A stretch of DNA of 64,000 nt, taken from Corallochytrium limacisporum Hawaii. Its lineage: Eukaryota; Protista; Pluriformea. The position numbers and the translations under genes are program-made. The DNA lies in assembly GCA_002811645.1 (NCBI GenBank), contig PDIP01000010.1, positions 239,842 to 303,841 on the forward strand, in the 5' to 3' direction. The notes under the pieces were generated by a model that made no database searches, had not been told where the DNA came from, and was given only the letters and a program-made list of their open reading frames with translations. This document shows, piece after piece, positions 31,948 through 43,408 of the stretch. How positions within the stretch are numbered: position 1 is the first letter of the stretch; every line of letters begins with the position of its first letter.

Positions 31948-34494
31948 ATGACGGACAGCGGGGAGGTCGTTTTGATCGCCGTGGTATGCGTCCTGTTCGT
32001 CCTCGTTGTGTTCCTCTGCCTGATTGGTGTGAGGAAGTTGATCAAACAGAACAGAGAACTAAGGGACCATCGCTTACGAGCGAGCAATTTGCGGGCCACC
32101 ATCGATCAATTTGACGACCATGGATTGGCGCCGGAAGTAAGCTACCAGGACTTGCTCAATGAAATCAAGGACATGGATGAACTTAAAGCTTTGGCCGTAA
32201 ACTTTTCAGAGCTGCAAGTCAGACGAGTATTAGGCCGAGGCACATTTGGAACCGTATATGAGGGAGCTCTGCGCGGGACGCGGGTGGCCATCAAGCGTCT
32301 GAGTGCCATGGTCAATGACCCGAAGGTGTTGATTAGTTTCCTTGACGAAGTTTTGACCTTGCAGGCGATCCGCCACCCAAACATTGTGCTTTTTATGGGC
32401 GCAACGTTTGACCCCCAAAATCTATGTATTATCACTGAACTATGCGAACTAGGCAATTTGCACGATCTGCTGGCCAGAGAGATGTCGATCAGTCGCAAGA
32501 GAGAAAAAGAAGCACGCAGACTCGCAGGCGCCATATCGGCCCATGCACGGCGAATACAGCCAGGTGGGGCCAGGAGCACGGAAGATCTGCTGGAAGCCGC
32601 CGGTAGCCATCGAAATGAGTCGCCCATGGGCTTGCCACCACCACTGATGGGAAAGCGAATGACGGACCCGGATCCCTTGGGCATCCACCGTAGGGATCTG
32701 GAATCGGCAGCGAGCAGTCCGCTGGCCATCGCAGACCATGAGGAAGAGGTCTTCCACGACGACTTTGAGTACTCGCAATGTTTGCTCACCGAGGTCCAAA
32801 GGCTCGACATTGCCCTCGACGTACTCACTGGCCTCTGCTTCCTGCACGAGAACGACCCACCGATCTGTCACGGCGACCTCAAGTCACCGAATATCCTCAT
32901 CGATTCCAGTCTACGGGCAAAGATTAGCGATCTCGGCCTCGCGACCCGCCTACCCAACATGGTGGGCAATCCAGCGAACACCGCAAATGTGCAATCTGCG
33001 TCTACGGGAGATGCCGGCGATGTCGCTGTCAATGGCGACGGGGTCGACTTTGACACCCACAGCGCACTCTCTCCAGGATCCATCAGCGGCGTGCCCAAGA
33101 CAAACCCTCGCCTAGATGCTTTGCGCATTCCATCATCTGGAAGCCGCTGCGGCGGCCGTAAGTCGTCGAGCGTTGGCAGCAGCGCTGGTGCGGAGCACGC
33201 CCAGGAACAATCGACAATGAGCGGTCTGAGCCAGATAACTTCCGTATCGACCGCACAAGCCATTCGCAGTGGGAAAAACGTGGCCTCAATGTTCTGGGCT
33301 GCTCCGGAGTTGCTTAAGGGCAGCCCGCCAAGCTCAGAAAGTGACATGTATGCCTTTGCGATTGTGCTGTGGGAAGTCATGAGTGGACATGAATTGTACG
33401 AAGGCAAGCATCCTCTGACAGTGGCTTACAACGTCGCGAAGCGGAGTTTGCGTCCCGCACTGCCCAAGTTCAAGCACCTCGCCACCACAACTGCACCGGA
33501 CCACCTGACCGTGCCGATGGAGCGCAGAGGGTCGACATCACCGGACAGTGGGAACGCCAGCACGGAGCTTAAGACTGCCAGTCCCCGTGATTTGGAAGAG
33601 GGCGAATATGGCGACAGCCACGGCCACGATCGCATCCATGACCACGACCACGACCGCGACCACAACAAATGGGCCAGTTCTGAAGATGAAGACGACAATG
33701 AAGACGACGAAGAGTTTGCTTGGTGCTCACCAGCGCTGAAGGGTATCATTGAACGTGCCTGGTGCCAGAACCCTTTCGATCGTCTCACTGCAGAGGAAGC
33801 GAAGCGCCAGCTCCTGGCGTACACCCTGAGTGCGACAATTCCGGACCCAACGATGCCCAGCCCAAGTCCGCAACCTGTGCCAGTCGGTAGTGAAGCACTG
33901 TCGGTGCCATCCTCAAAGCGACCGCCGCGCAGATCACCGCTCGCTAAGCCACTGCATGAGGGACAGCCCCATCCGCTACAACCACACGCACCGTCATCCC
34001 TGGCAGGACGATCTTCACTGGGAGTTGGGCAACATCAACAGTTTGTTCTCAACGGTCATGACGACATCAATTCGGAGGCGAGCGATGTGGGATCACCGCA
34101 CGTGCCGATCATTTCTACTGCTAGCGATATCCAAGGTGCAGGACAGGAGCATGGTGGAGACACTCCTCTGTCGAGCACTCCGCCGCAAAAGCAACAGCAC
34201 CAACACCACAGGCACAGCAAACGGACTTCACCCTTCCGGAGATCAGCAAATATCCGATCGGGCAGCGTGTCCCGTGCACAGCAGCGGCGTGACGGAAGCG
34301 TGGTGATGGTACCGATCCGGCAACGCAGTCGGCACATTGACGACCCGCTCAATACAGACAGCGACGCTGTGCCGCGACTAGGACACATGGACAGTGGTCA
34401 TTTCCCCACGACCTTCCCGATCCCGGACCATGCCAACCCTGCACATCGCGATATCAAACAACGCAAGCTGGGCAGGAATTTCAGCTTTGGATAG
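31948..34494 (+). CDS. Membrane-anchored TKL-group protein kinase with large inserts
   Basis: N-terminal TM helix; GRGTFG, VAIK, RHPNIVLFMGA, HGDLKSPNIL, DLG, WAAPE, SDMYAFAIVLWEV. Confidence 0.9.
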   Translation: MTDSGEVVLIAVVCVLFVLVVFLCLIGVRKLIKQNRELRDHRLRASNLRATIDQFDDHGLAPEVSYQDLLNEIKDMDELKALAVNFSELQVRRVLGRGTFGTVYEGALRGTRVAIKRLSAMVNDPKVLISFLDEVLTLQAIRHPNIVLFMGATFDPQNLCIITELCELGNLHDLLAREMSISRKREKEARRLAGAISAHARRIQPGGARSTEDLLEAAGSHRNESPMGLPPPLMGKRMTDPDPLGIHRRDLESAASSPLAIADHEEEVFHDDFEYSQCLLTEVQRLDIALDVLTGLCFLHENDPPICHGDLKSPNILIDSSLRAKISDLGLATRLPNMVGNPANTANVQSASTGDAGDVAVNGDGVDFDTHSALSPGSISGVPKTNPRLDALRIPSSGSRCGGRKSSSVGSSAGAEHAQEQSTMSGLSQITSVSTAQAIRSGKNVASMFWAAPELLKGSPPSSESDMYAFAIVLWEVMSGHELYEGKHPLTVAYNVAKRSLRPALPKFKHLATTTAPDHLTVPMERRGSTSPDSGNASTELKTASPRDLEEGEYGDSHGHDRIHDHDHDRDHNKWASSEDEDDNEDDEEFAWCSPALKGIIERAWCQNPFDRLTAEEAKRQLLAYTLSATIPDPTMPSPSPQPVPVGSEALSVPSSKRPPRRSPLAKPLHEGQPHPLQPHAPSSLAGRSSLGVGQHQQFVLNGHDDINSEASDVGSPHVPIISTASDIQGAGQEHGGDTPLSSTPPQKQQHQHHRHSKRTSPFRRSANIRSGSVSRAQQRRDGSVVMVPIRQRSRHIDDPLNTDSDAVPRLGHMDSGHFPTTFPIPDHANPAHRDIKQRKLGRNFSFG

Positions 34495-34708
34495 AGGATG
34501 AGTGGGGCACGATAGCGCCACATACTGGCCTGCTAACGCTGCACGGTGGTACCCTTGATATTGTCTTTGGTTTTCGGATGATGACAACCACTATGATGAT
34601 CATGAAAATATACGCGAAGATGACTATATACTGTTATTTGTAAACAACACAAAGGAATGGACAGCACTGACATTTTTTTACATTCTGTAGGAATCTCGCC
34701 CTGTGGAT

Positions 34709-36139
34709 TTACAATCGGTAACCCTGGAACGAAACACCTGTCAACGCATCCTCCGGTAGCGCCTGCAGCACGGCCATGCGACCGTCATTAAACTTGTAGT
34801 TGATGTTACCGTCTACGACTAGAACAGCCTCCCAGCTGCGGCTGCGTATCTTGATTTCCCGTGCAAAACCACGGTGACTGCCGACTGTGAAGATGCCGTT
34901 GCTGACGGGCTCCCTGACACAGTATTGCATTAGTGGTTCGTGAGCTTCAAAAATAATGTCTTGGTTGAACGCCCGCGTCACTCGATCAACGTTCTGGATG
35001 CCATCGTCCGCACCAGCCAGGCGCAGAACCCGCTGCACATCGTCCGGTTCAATCCGTGCGACATTGTAGAGCCAGGCCGTACTACCTGTGCCCGTCGAAA
35101 CCACAATGCCACTACTCTTTTGCTTATCGCTCTCATTGCCGTCCACGGTCAGCTCATAATACGATGACTTGGACGGATCCATTTCAGCGATGAAGATATC
35201 ATTTAGCGCCTTGACTGGTACCTCAAAAGGACTGGAATCACCGTCAATCAGCGTGACCCGAATGCGTTGTCGAGTCTTGAAATGAAACCGGCCCGAGTTG
35301 AGCATATCCAGGATTTCATGGTACTTGGTGCGGCCTCCGCTCACCGACCTGTGCACGCACAGGAACCCTTGGCTCCGATGCGGATCCGTGTTCACTCCGA
35401 CGAGTGGCAATTTGGGATCCTTAACCAGCGACGCCGCAGCTAGGAATGTACCATCACCGCCAGCACTGAACACACAGTCCACACCCTCCAGGTCCGCCTC
35501 TGTGTACTTTGATGCCCGCACCACGCGATAGTGAATGCGTTTGTGCCTCAGTGCGCCCGTGAGTTTGTCAAGGTTGCGTTTGTGCACATCGTAGCGATAG
35601 CGTAGACGGTAGAGATTGGATCCTCGTGCACGAAGTTCCTCTGCCAGTTCCACTTCACTCATACTCGAATTGCGCTCAAGTTCCGTTTCAAAGCGCGTGA
35701 CTTTACTCACCACGAGCACGTTCTTTAGATCTAATGGTTTTCCCGGTTTCAGCCCTTCTGTGGATTCCAAAGGCTGGGGAGATTCGTCATGGAATTCTTC
35801 ATGGTCCGATTCTTCACTCTCCGACGACTCGACTTCCTGGGGATCAATCTTACGCGCTTCTTTAAATATGTCCCGCAGGCGCATACCCCGGTCGCTGGTT
35901 GGGTCGAACTTGGAGCTGCCGCGAAATTCGTTGCTGCCCCAGACCACTCCAGTAACCTGGACCTGTTGTCTACTACTACTATGGAAACATTGTGTCTGCT
36001 GTGCATTCACTGCGGCTAGTGATACCTTCGCTGTCGGGTTGTAGAGACCGACCGCAGTGACACGCAGTGTTGTTGTTGCAGGCCTACTACCCGATGCCAA
36101 AAGCAACCGATAGGATGCCAGACCGTGCAACACACTCAT
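34709..36139 (-). CDS. NADK2: Mitochondrial NAD kinase NADK2-like
   Basis: SAGGDGTFL, GVNTDPHRSQGFLC, RQRIRVTL, ALNDIFIAE, QKSSGIVVSTGTGSTAW; presequence-like N-terminus. Confidence 0.9.
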   Translation of the reverse strand: MSVLHGLASYRLLLASGSRPATTTLRVTAVGLYNPTAKVSLAAVNAQQTQCFHSSSRQQVQVTGVVWGSNEFRGSSKFDPTSDRGMRLRDIFKEARKIDPQEVESSESEESDHEEFHDESPQPLESTEGLKPGKPLDLKNVLVVSKVTRFETELERNSSMSEVELAEELRARGSNLYRLRYRYDVHKRNLDKLTGALRHKRIHYRVVRASKYTEADLEGVDCVFSAGGDGTFLAAASLVKDPKLPLVGVNTDPHRSQGFLCVHRSVSGGRTKYHEILDMLNSGRFHFKTRQRIRVTLIDGDSSPFEVPVKALNDIFIAEMDPSKSSYYELTVDGNESDKQKSSGIVVSTGTGSTAWLYNVARIEPDDVQRVLRLAGADDGIQNVDRVTRAFNQDIIFEAHEPLMQYCVREPVSNGIFTVGSHRGFAREIKIRSRSWEAVLVVDGNINYKFNDGRMAVLQALPEDALTGVSFQGYRL

Positions 36140-36955
36140 TTGTTGGGAACTAAGAGAGATGAAAAAAACTGTAGATAAATCTTTACAGAGCTTCTTGTGA
36201 TTCTTCACAACAGACTAAGCTCTGTAAGCTGTCTCTAAGTATGTCGTTTTCTGTGCCTGGTTTCTCCTGATATTATCCCCCAGACATGTTTAGGTGCTTG
36301 AATTTATTCGTACCTATTCCCCCACTATCGCAAATGATGATACACAGCAGTTACTACCGATGCGAACTCTCTTCAATGGCCTACACCACTGGAACACGAT
36401 CATAGTGCAGGTCTTGGCATGCTCCAAATACCACTGACACGCCGCAAGTCCTGTCACGAAATACGAAGATTAAGTCCTAAGCAACAAACCAATCCACGAA
36501 CCCGACATTGAATTGCAAGCCTCAACAGAACACAAATCCAGGCCCACGACCAAGACACACATGCCCTGGAGATTGCAACCGACTCTTGCTTTGCCACCGC
36601 GTATTACACAACACTCGCCCAACGGGCGCTGCTCGCGTCCGACCCCAGGCGGAGATCCCTGCCGTGCAAATAAAAAAAGGCGAACGGACAGGCGATCCTT
36701 GCCCCCCCCTCCCCTCCTTTCCCCGTCTCCCCTTCTCCACTCCCTCTCTCGCCTTTCTAAATTTTTCCATCTGGGCTTTTATGGTCCCCTCCGCTGCCTT
36801 TTTTTTTTTGGCATGCAACGCGGTGTTTACCATTTTGTCACAATGGGCACACTCGTCCTCGGTACCCAACGAACCCGGCTTTGGCTTTTTTTGCCGTTTC
36901 TTTCCTTTGTGTCGAGGGTGAGCCTCTGTTGGGAGGGTTTTGGGGGGGGGGCAAT

Positions 36956-36986
36956 CACGCACGCACGCACGCACGCACGCACGCAC
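36956..36986. repeat. (GCAC)n tetranucleotide microsatellite
   Basis: cacgcacgcacgcacgcacgcacgcacgcac. Confidence 0.9.
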
Positions 36987-37364
36987 CGCCCCCAGCGGAG
37001 ATGACGGGCCTAACCCGGGACTTTTTCCATTGAACCCGGAAAATTTTGTTTCAGAAACTCTTTCCTTTTTTTTTCTTCTTTCTTTCTTACCTCTCTCGCT
37101 CTCTCTCTCTGTGTCCCACTCTCGCGCGCGCGTACTTTGTGTGATTTTCTCTCTCTCTCTCTCTCTTCATTTTTTCATTTTTATTTGGGAGGCGGGGGGA
37201 CTTTCTTCCTTTTTCCACCGCCGTTCGAATTCCTGGAGAGGTCTTCCCCCCCCCCCCCCGCTCCCCGCGGGCCGGGCCTCCTCGGCGGGAGAGGGACCGA
37301 CAGGGACACCGGAAACCGCCACGCCCCTCGCACGGCGGAAAACTGCTGCTTGGTCGCTCGAAAG

Positions 37365-37412
37365 GGAGAGAGAGAGAGAGAGACCGAGACCGAGACCGAG
37401 AGCGAGAGAGCG
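37365..37412. repeat. (GA)n plus (GAGACC)n compound repeat in a low-complexity region next to the gap
   Basis: Direct inspection; a (CTCTGC)n tract also lies at about 37665-37705. Confidence 0.8.
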
Positions 37413-37816
37413 AGTAAGGGAGAGCGGGCCGCCGACCGGACGTTAGGAAGAGATGCAGGCCTACGGAGAAGGCGGCGCGCGCCTTCACCCTCACGCCCCT
37501 TCCCTCCGCAACCGACCCTCACTTCACGGAAACTCTCGCGATCTCACTCTTTTCCTTTTCTTTTCTTTTTTCGTTTTCTTACTTTTTTGTTTTTGCTTTG
37601 CGGAGCACGCTTGCCTTGCAACAACCATCGGCCACCGGGCCTGGACACTCACGCACACACACTCTCTCTGCCTCTGCCTCTGCCTCTGCCTCGGCCTCGG
37701 CCTCTGTCTCTCTCCCGCTCCCTCTCTGTGACTGCCATCGCTGGTGAGGGTTGGGAGGGGAAGGGGGAAGGAGAGGAAGGGGGGGGAGGGAGGGGAGAGG
37801 AGGAGGCCAAGTGGGA

Positions 37817-38043
37817 NNNNNNNNNNNNNNNNNNNNNNNNNNNNNNNNNNNNNNNNNNNNNNNNNNNNNNNNNNNNNNNNNNNNNNNNNNNNNNNNNNNN
37901 NNNNNNNNNNNNNNNNNNNNNNNNNNNNNNNNNNNNNNNNNNNNNNNNNNNNNNNNNNNNNNNNNNNNNNNNNNNNNNNNNNNNNNNNNNNNNNNNNNNN
38001 NNNNNNNNNNNNNNNNNNNNNNNNNNNNNNNNNNNNNNNNNNN
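37817..38043. other. Assembly gap (227 N)
   Basis: Run of N flanked by G-rich sequence. Confidence 1.
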
Positions 38044-38500
38044 GGTGTTAGGGGGGAGGAGGGAGTGATACAGCGCCGGCGATTGGCTGTCTATTATTTA
38101 TACGGAATTTGTAATATCAGCGGAACGGCCGGCGTGATTAGCCGTAGTAAAACATGAAGAAAAACTTGATATACATATACGGAAAGTTTTATATATGGTT
38201 CATTTTACGCAGAGAATTTCCAAGGCCGTGAGCGGGAAAAGCCAGCGGGAAGACCCCCCGACCTTTCGAAGGTGCGGTGATGCGGACTCGTGCTTTTCGG
38301 ATAACTGTCTCTGTTACTCTCTCTCGCAGGCGCGCTCTCGCCATTGCGTACGATAACATTTGACAGGCTAGTTGAATGTTCGACATGTTCTCAGAGACAT
38401 TGTGTGATGGTTCGATGCCGATGATCCCAGTGCATGGGGAGAACGGGAGCAAATATTCCAGACATGATCGCACGTTTGCGGACGTGATACAGTTAGTAGT

Positions 38501-40867
38501 ATGATTGTCATTCGAAGGTCGCCGGCGCGCACAGTGGCACTCTTGTCGTGGGCGCTGCCAGCTGGCGCCCGGTACATTACAAGGTCGTCATGGCAAGGCG
38601 ATCGTACAGAGGGAACCACGACTAATAGCGGTGATGGTATGAACCAACGAACTTATGCACAGTCACCATCTGTGCCACCGTCCACTACTATTGACATGGC
38701 TAGCATACACCGCATGAGTAATCTGTGGGTTCCAACAGTTCTGGATGATCCCTCTCAGACAACAACAAATTGCCATCGTTTGCTCCTACAGTCAGGGGTC
38801 GTACACCAGAACGGGCAGGGACTGTTTTCCTTCCTCCCTGTGGGTTTGCGGATTATGACCAAGATCGAGCGAATTATTGATGAAGAACTAGGGAAACTTG
38901 GCTGCCAGAAATTGGCCATGCCATACATGAGCCCAGTGAGCCTGTGGGCATCAAGTGGTCGGAGCGAAAGCCTTGGCAAGGAGACCTTTCGCGTGCAGGA
39001 CCGTAAACACCAAACGTACATACTGAACCCAACTCATGAAGAGGTAGTCTGCGAATTGGTCAACAGCGGCTTAAAGAGCTACCGTCAGCTTCCCTTGCGT
39101 GTCTACCAGACTGGACGCAAGTACAGAGATGAAATGCGTGGTCGGGGTGGCATGCTGCGAGCGCGGGAGTTCCATATGAACGACCTCTACACCTTCGACG
39201 TCAGTCCTGAGGCAGCGGCAGAAACATACGGGGAAGTAATGCAGGCATACCATGCAATTTTCAGCCGTCTAGGTGTGGATCATCTGGTGGCGGAGGCCAG
39301 CAATGGTTCTATGGGTGGCAGAGGCAGTCACGAATTCCACATTGTCTCCGATGTCGGGGAGGACCATGTGTTGTGGTGCAACAAGTGCAATTATGCGGCC
39401 AACGTGGAGGTTGCGTCATCGATAGGACGGCTGGACATGACTCCTGGAGCTGCTGTGAAGGCAATGGAAGGCGTAGAAGGATTAGGCTCTTCGTCGTCGG
39501 CGATGACAGACGATGATGGCAGCACGGATGCCACGGAATTGCCTGTGACCTCGTCGGAGATCAAGGCCAAGGGAACGCAAGTTATGCAGCAGTACCACAA
39601 CAAGGAGCATGTCAGACCGACGGAATTAGGTGCACATCCTGATCATGCAACAAGTGGATCATCACAACAACCTACCGTCGATTTGGAGACTTTGGAACTG
39701 ACGGGCCCGATCTTGCACAAAATGAACGAGTATGTGTTCGGCAATCCTATGGTCCTTGCATCCGCACCCCTGGCTAAGGGATATCTTTACGTGGGCAGCC
39801 CCAAGAAGAAGACCAAGGCCGTAGATAGGGCTGTAAGCAAAGGTCGAGAGCCTGGAGTAGCTGTTCTGGCTGTGGTGGGACCGGACACGGTGGTTAATGT
39901 GACTAAATTGGAACAGCGATTCCCGGGCGTCGTGGATCTGAAGCCTATCAGGGCCTCTGATGTTCATGTACTTGAGGCACTGTTGAGCACGGTGAAGACA
40001 GAAAGTACACAGGATCAACAAAGGCAGCAGCAGGAGGGTACCAGCGTCAAGGCGAACGTCAGCGAGTCCACGAACAAAGCATTGCGCGAGGAATGCCTGC
40101 AAGCGCTGAAGAATCACTTCTTTGTTAACTTGTCACCACCGTCAAACACGGTGCCACCATCTGACAAAGCCATGGATATTCTTGGTAAGGTCTCCGCTAT
40201 GGACCGCAATGTGGTGGCCTCCTCCAACACCGACATTGCCACTGCAGCGTCTGGCGACCGCTGTGCTAGCTGCTGCGCTGGAACACTACAGGACGCTCAG
40301 TGCATTGAAGTGGGGCATACGTTTTACCTCGCTGATACCTACACGAACCCAATGAAGATCGTCTACCAAGACCAGAAGGGTAAATTAGCAACCCCAGTCA
40401 TGGGATGCTACGGCATAGGTGTAAGTCGACTCGTTGCCGCCGTAGCAGAGGTGAATCATGACGACCAGGGACTGATGTGGCCGGTGGCCATGGCACCGTA
40501 CACCGTCGCGGTGGTGCCACTGGGATCCAAGAAGAACGGAACGCTAGATCGGTTACGCGTTGGCGGGTTTGAGGTTGCATCCGAACTGCTGAGTAAGATT
40601 CCGACCCTGGCCGGCGAAGTGATCGTAGATGACCGTGATGCCACGCCGGGCTTCAAGTTGAAGGATGCGGCCCTAATGGGTCATCCTCTGGTCGTGGTTT
40701 TGGGCAATGACTTTTCCCACGAGAATCCAGCAGAGCGTAAGGTCGAGGTCCAGAATCGGCGCACGGGACAAGTCAGCCACCACCGTCTAGACACGCTACC
40801 GTCAGTGGTAGGGCATCTGCTAGCGGAGCAGGGTGTTTTGCAGACGGCATCGGCCATGGCATTGTAA
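38501..40867 (+). CDS. PARS2: Mitochondrial (bacterial-type) prolyl-tRNA synthetase
   Basis: LNPTHEEVV, SYRQLPLRVYQTGRKYRDEMRGRGGMLRAREFHMNDLYTFD, MGGRGSHEFH, IEVGHTFYL, MGCYGIGVSRL, DDRDATPGFKLKDA. Confidence 0.93.
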   Translation: MIVIRRSPARTVALLSWALPAGARYITRSSWQGDRTEGTTTNSGDGMNQRTYAQSPSVPPSTTIDMASIHRMSNLWVPTVLDDPSQTTTNCHRLLLQSGVVHQNGQGLFSFLPVGLRIMTKIERIIDEELGKLGCQKLAMPYMSPVSLWASSGRSESLGKETFRVQDRKHQTYILNPTHEEVVCELVNSGLKSYRQLPLRVYQTGRKYRDEMRGRGGMLRAREFHMNDLYTFDVSPEAAAETYGEVMQAYHAIFSRLGVDHLVAEASNGSMGGRGSHEFHIVSDVGEDHVLWCNKCNYAANVEVASSIGRLDMTPGAAVKAMEGVEGLGSSSSAMTDDDGSTDATELPVTSSEIKAKGTQVMQQYHNKEHVRPTELGAHPDHATSGSSQQPTVDLETLELTGPILHKMNEYVFGNPMVLASAPLAKGYLYVGSPKKKTKAVDRAVSKGREPGVAVLAVVGPDTVVNVTKLEQRFPGVVDLKPIRASDVHVLEALLSTVKTESTQDQQRQQQEGTSVKANVSESTNKALREECLQALKNHFFVNLSPPSNTVPPSDKAMDILGKVSAMDRNVVASSNTDIATAASGDRCASCCAGTLQDAQCIEVGHTFYLADTYTNPMKIVYQDQKGKLATPVMGCYGIGVSRLVAAVAEVNHDDQGLMWPVAMAPYTVAVVPLGSKKNGTLDRLRVGGFEVASELLSKIPTLAGEVIVDDRDATPGFKLKDAALMGHPLVVVLGNDFSHENPAERKVEVQNRRTGQVSHHRLDTLPSVVGHLLAEQGVLQTASAMAL

Positions 40868-40996
40868 GCCATAAGTCGCATGGGATCATATACATATGTA
40901 TATAAATGTATCATAGAATGTTATAGCTAGTCGGATCGTTGAGCAAGTTTGGTATTGACTGATAGGCCCTGCAATGGTGTTAGCCAGTGTCGTTCT

Positions 40997-42358
40997 TCAA
41001 ATGCCGGCAGGGATGACACCAGAGTCCCGGAGGCTTTGTAATTTAGCGGTATCATATCCGAGCAGTTCTCCAAGTACAGAGTCCGTGTGTTCACCCGCGG
41101 GCCCACCGGCAAAATTTGTGCGACCAGGGGTCGCCGTGAGCTTTGGGAGGATCGCGGGCAATGTGATCGGTACGTCCGGTCCGAGGTCCGAAGCTGTAGC
41201 GGTCTCAAACATTCCGCGGCTCTGGAACTGCTCGTCAGCGAGCATGTCCTTGGCATCGAGAATCGGACCTGCGGGCACAGAGACCGAGTCCAGCAGCGCC
41301 AATGCCTCAGCCCGAGTCATGGTTGCGGTCCACTCGCTAATCGTACCATCGAGCATTTCTTGCTGCTTCATCCGGCCACCGTTGTCCTGGAGCTCGGGAT
41401 CATTGGCCAAGTCCTCTCGTCCCATTAGGTTCATCAGTCGCTTGTAGATTGCATTTCCGTTTGCACCGATCACTATGTATGCATCCTTGCAAGGGTACGT
41501 GTTCGTGGGCACGATGCCCGTCACTGACGAGCCTGATGGCCCTCGCACGACTCCTGTCATGGCCGCCTCGGTAATCACTCCCTCCATCAAATTGAAAACC
41601 GATTCGTACAGTGCAACATCTACCACTTGATTCCTCGGTTTGGTGCCCCTGGCTTGCTGGCGAGCAAGCAGGGACAAGAGAACACCAATGACGCTGTGCA
41701 ACCCGCCGAGGGTGTCGCCAATCGACAGATTAGGTCGGACGGATGGGCGATCCGGGTACCCGTTGACATGACGAAATCCCCCGTACGCCTCGCAAACGCT
41801 TGCGTAGCCCGGAATCTTGGACCTCGGTCCAGTTTGGCCGTATCCAGAGACCCTACTGTAGATCAGGTCAGGGTTGATTGCATGCAGATCTTCCGGTCCG
41901 AGCCCCCATTCTTCCATCTTACCGGGTCTAAAGTTCTCAATCACTACATCGCATTTGGGAATCATTTCCCGAATGATGGAGGCTGCTTCCTCCTTGCGCA
42001 GATCGAGCCCGACAGACTTCTTGTTGCGACCGATGCTACGGTACCAGTATGACGTACCAGTCTCATCCATCAGACGCCAGGTGCGAATCTGATCGCCGCC
42101 TGGTGGTTCGACCTTGATTACCTCTGCTCCAAAGTAGGAGAGAACAGTGCCTCCAAACGGACCAGCAAGCAACTGGCCCATTTCTAAGACACGAATGCCA
42201 TCCAGCGGGGCCGGTTTGTTTTGTTGATCTTGCGGATTACTTTGTCGGCTATCAGTCGAAGGGTACGCGGTCGACATATGCCGAACAATGCTTGTACCAG
42301 CAGCAGCTCCTGCCACGGGGCGGTGAACCCTGAAAGCATGACGTACACTCATACTCAT
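40997..42358 (-). CDS. CoA-transferase family III (CaiB/BaiF; SUGCT-like), probably mitochondrial
   Basis: PLDGIRVLEMGQLLAGPF, GAEVIKVEPPGGD, RNKKSVGLDLR, DVVIENFRPG, SGYGQTGP. Confidence 0.93.
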   Translation of the reverse strand: MSMSVRHAFRVHRPVAGAAAGTSIVRHMSTAYPSTDSRQSNPQDQQNKPAPLDGIRVLEMGQLLAGPFGGTVLSYFGAEVIKVEPPGGDQIRTWRLMDETGTSYWYRSIGRNKKSVGLDLRKEEAASIIREMIPKCDVVIENFRPGKMEEWGLGPEDLHAINPDLIYSRVSGYGQTGPRSKIPGYASVCEAYGGFRHVNGYPDRPSVRPNLSIGDTLGGLHSVIGVLLSLLARQQARGTKPRNQVVDVALYESVFNLMEGVITEAAMTGVVRGPSGSSVTGIVPTNTYPCKDAYIVIGANGNAIYKRLMNLMGREDLANDPELQDNGGRMKQQEMLDGTISEWTATMTRAEALALLDSVSVPAGPILDAKDMLADEQFQSRGMFETATASDLGPDVPITLPAILPKLTATPGRTNFAGGPAGEHTDSVLGELLGYDTAKLQSLRDSGVIPAGI

Positions 42359-43408
42359 GGTCAATGATGATTTGCCCGCTCTTCTTTAAGTCAGAACAAT
42401 AGAAATTGTCCTATCTATGATCTGTTCTTTAAGCCGAGTCTCACCAGGGTTGGTTCCGAGGGATCCAAATACCCCTTAGAGCATTATAAGGAATACTCGC
42501 TCGACTGTATCAGCGATAGAACCTGAGTGAAATAGCTGGAGCATGGCAAAACACTTCAGCCAAAACCGTCAGCAATTTCACGTAAGGGTCAAGATGAGAG
42601 CAGGGAACATGGAAACTGTCCTATGTCTCACGATTGCCAGGTACACATCTTTTCCCGATCCACCTCTGAGTCCCCCAGCGGCGACACACTATCTCGCGAT
42701 CTCTTGACCCGTACGTCAGTCTGAGCTCAATTACACGACACTCGGCCAGTATGCAGCGGCGAGAACATCAAAGAACTCACACTTGGACCGACCTATGATT
42801 TCCTCCGAGTTTTTCCTTACCGTCCGTTGGGCTGACGGCTCTCCTTTCGGTTATGCGCGATTTCCTTCCCGCCCGCAATGAACTCACTCTGCGCAATCGG
42901 TCCAGGGTTGCTGACACAATGGCCCAGGAAGGCAGGAAAACACGGAGGAAAAGTAAAAAAAAAAAAAAAGAGGAAATGGTGGACAAGGAAGCGACAGTGA
43001 GCCAGGGGGCGGTGCTTATGCATAAATCCGCGGAGAAGGGGGGCGGGGGGAGAGGTGGTTCGATACCACTCTTGGCCGCCCCCAGAGAAAAGCCTTAATC
43101 CAAGGGGACGATAGCGTGTTCGGAAACTTACTGGACATAATAATGTACACACTTCCAAGAATCCCAAACGCGCACGGTCTCGTTTCTGGATTAGATCAGT
43201 GAAGGAATGTAAGTCTGCGACCACAGCAGGGTCAACAAACTGCGAGAGTCCCAGTGTCGAGTTGCGCACCTTATGAAAATACCTTGATTCTAACATTGAT
43301 AACAGTGAACAAAGAATTTCTATTTCTTGTTGCTGACGGCTCAATAATGGAAGGCGTGGTTGATTGCTCACACGCATACACCTCACAGAATCTTATGCAA
43401 TTCATTCA

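Noticed and set aside
36508-38157. Overlapping ORFs flanking and crossing the N gap
   Set aside because: Low-complexity repeats and N translation; no protein motifs
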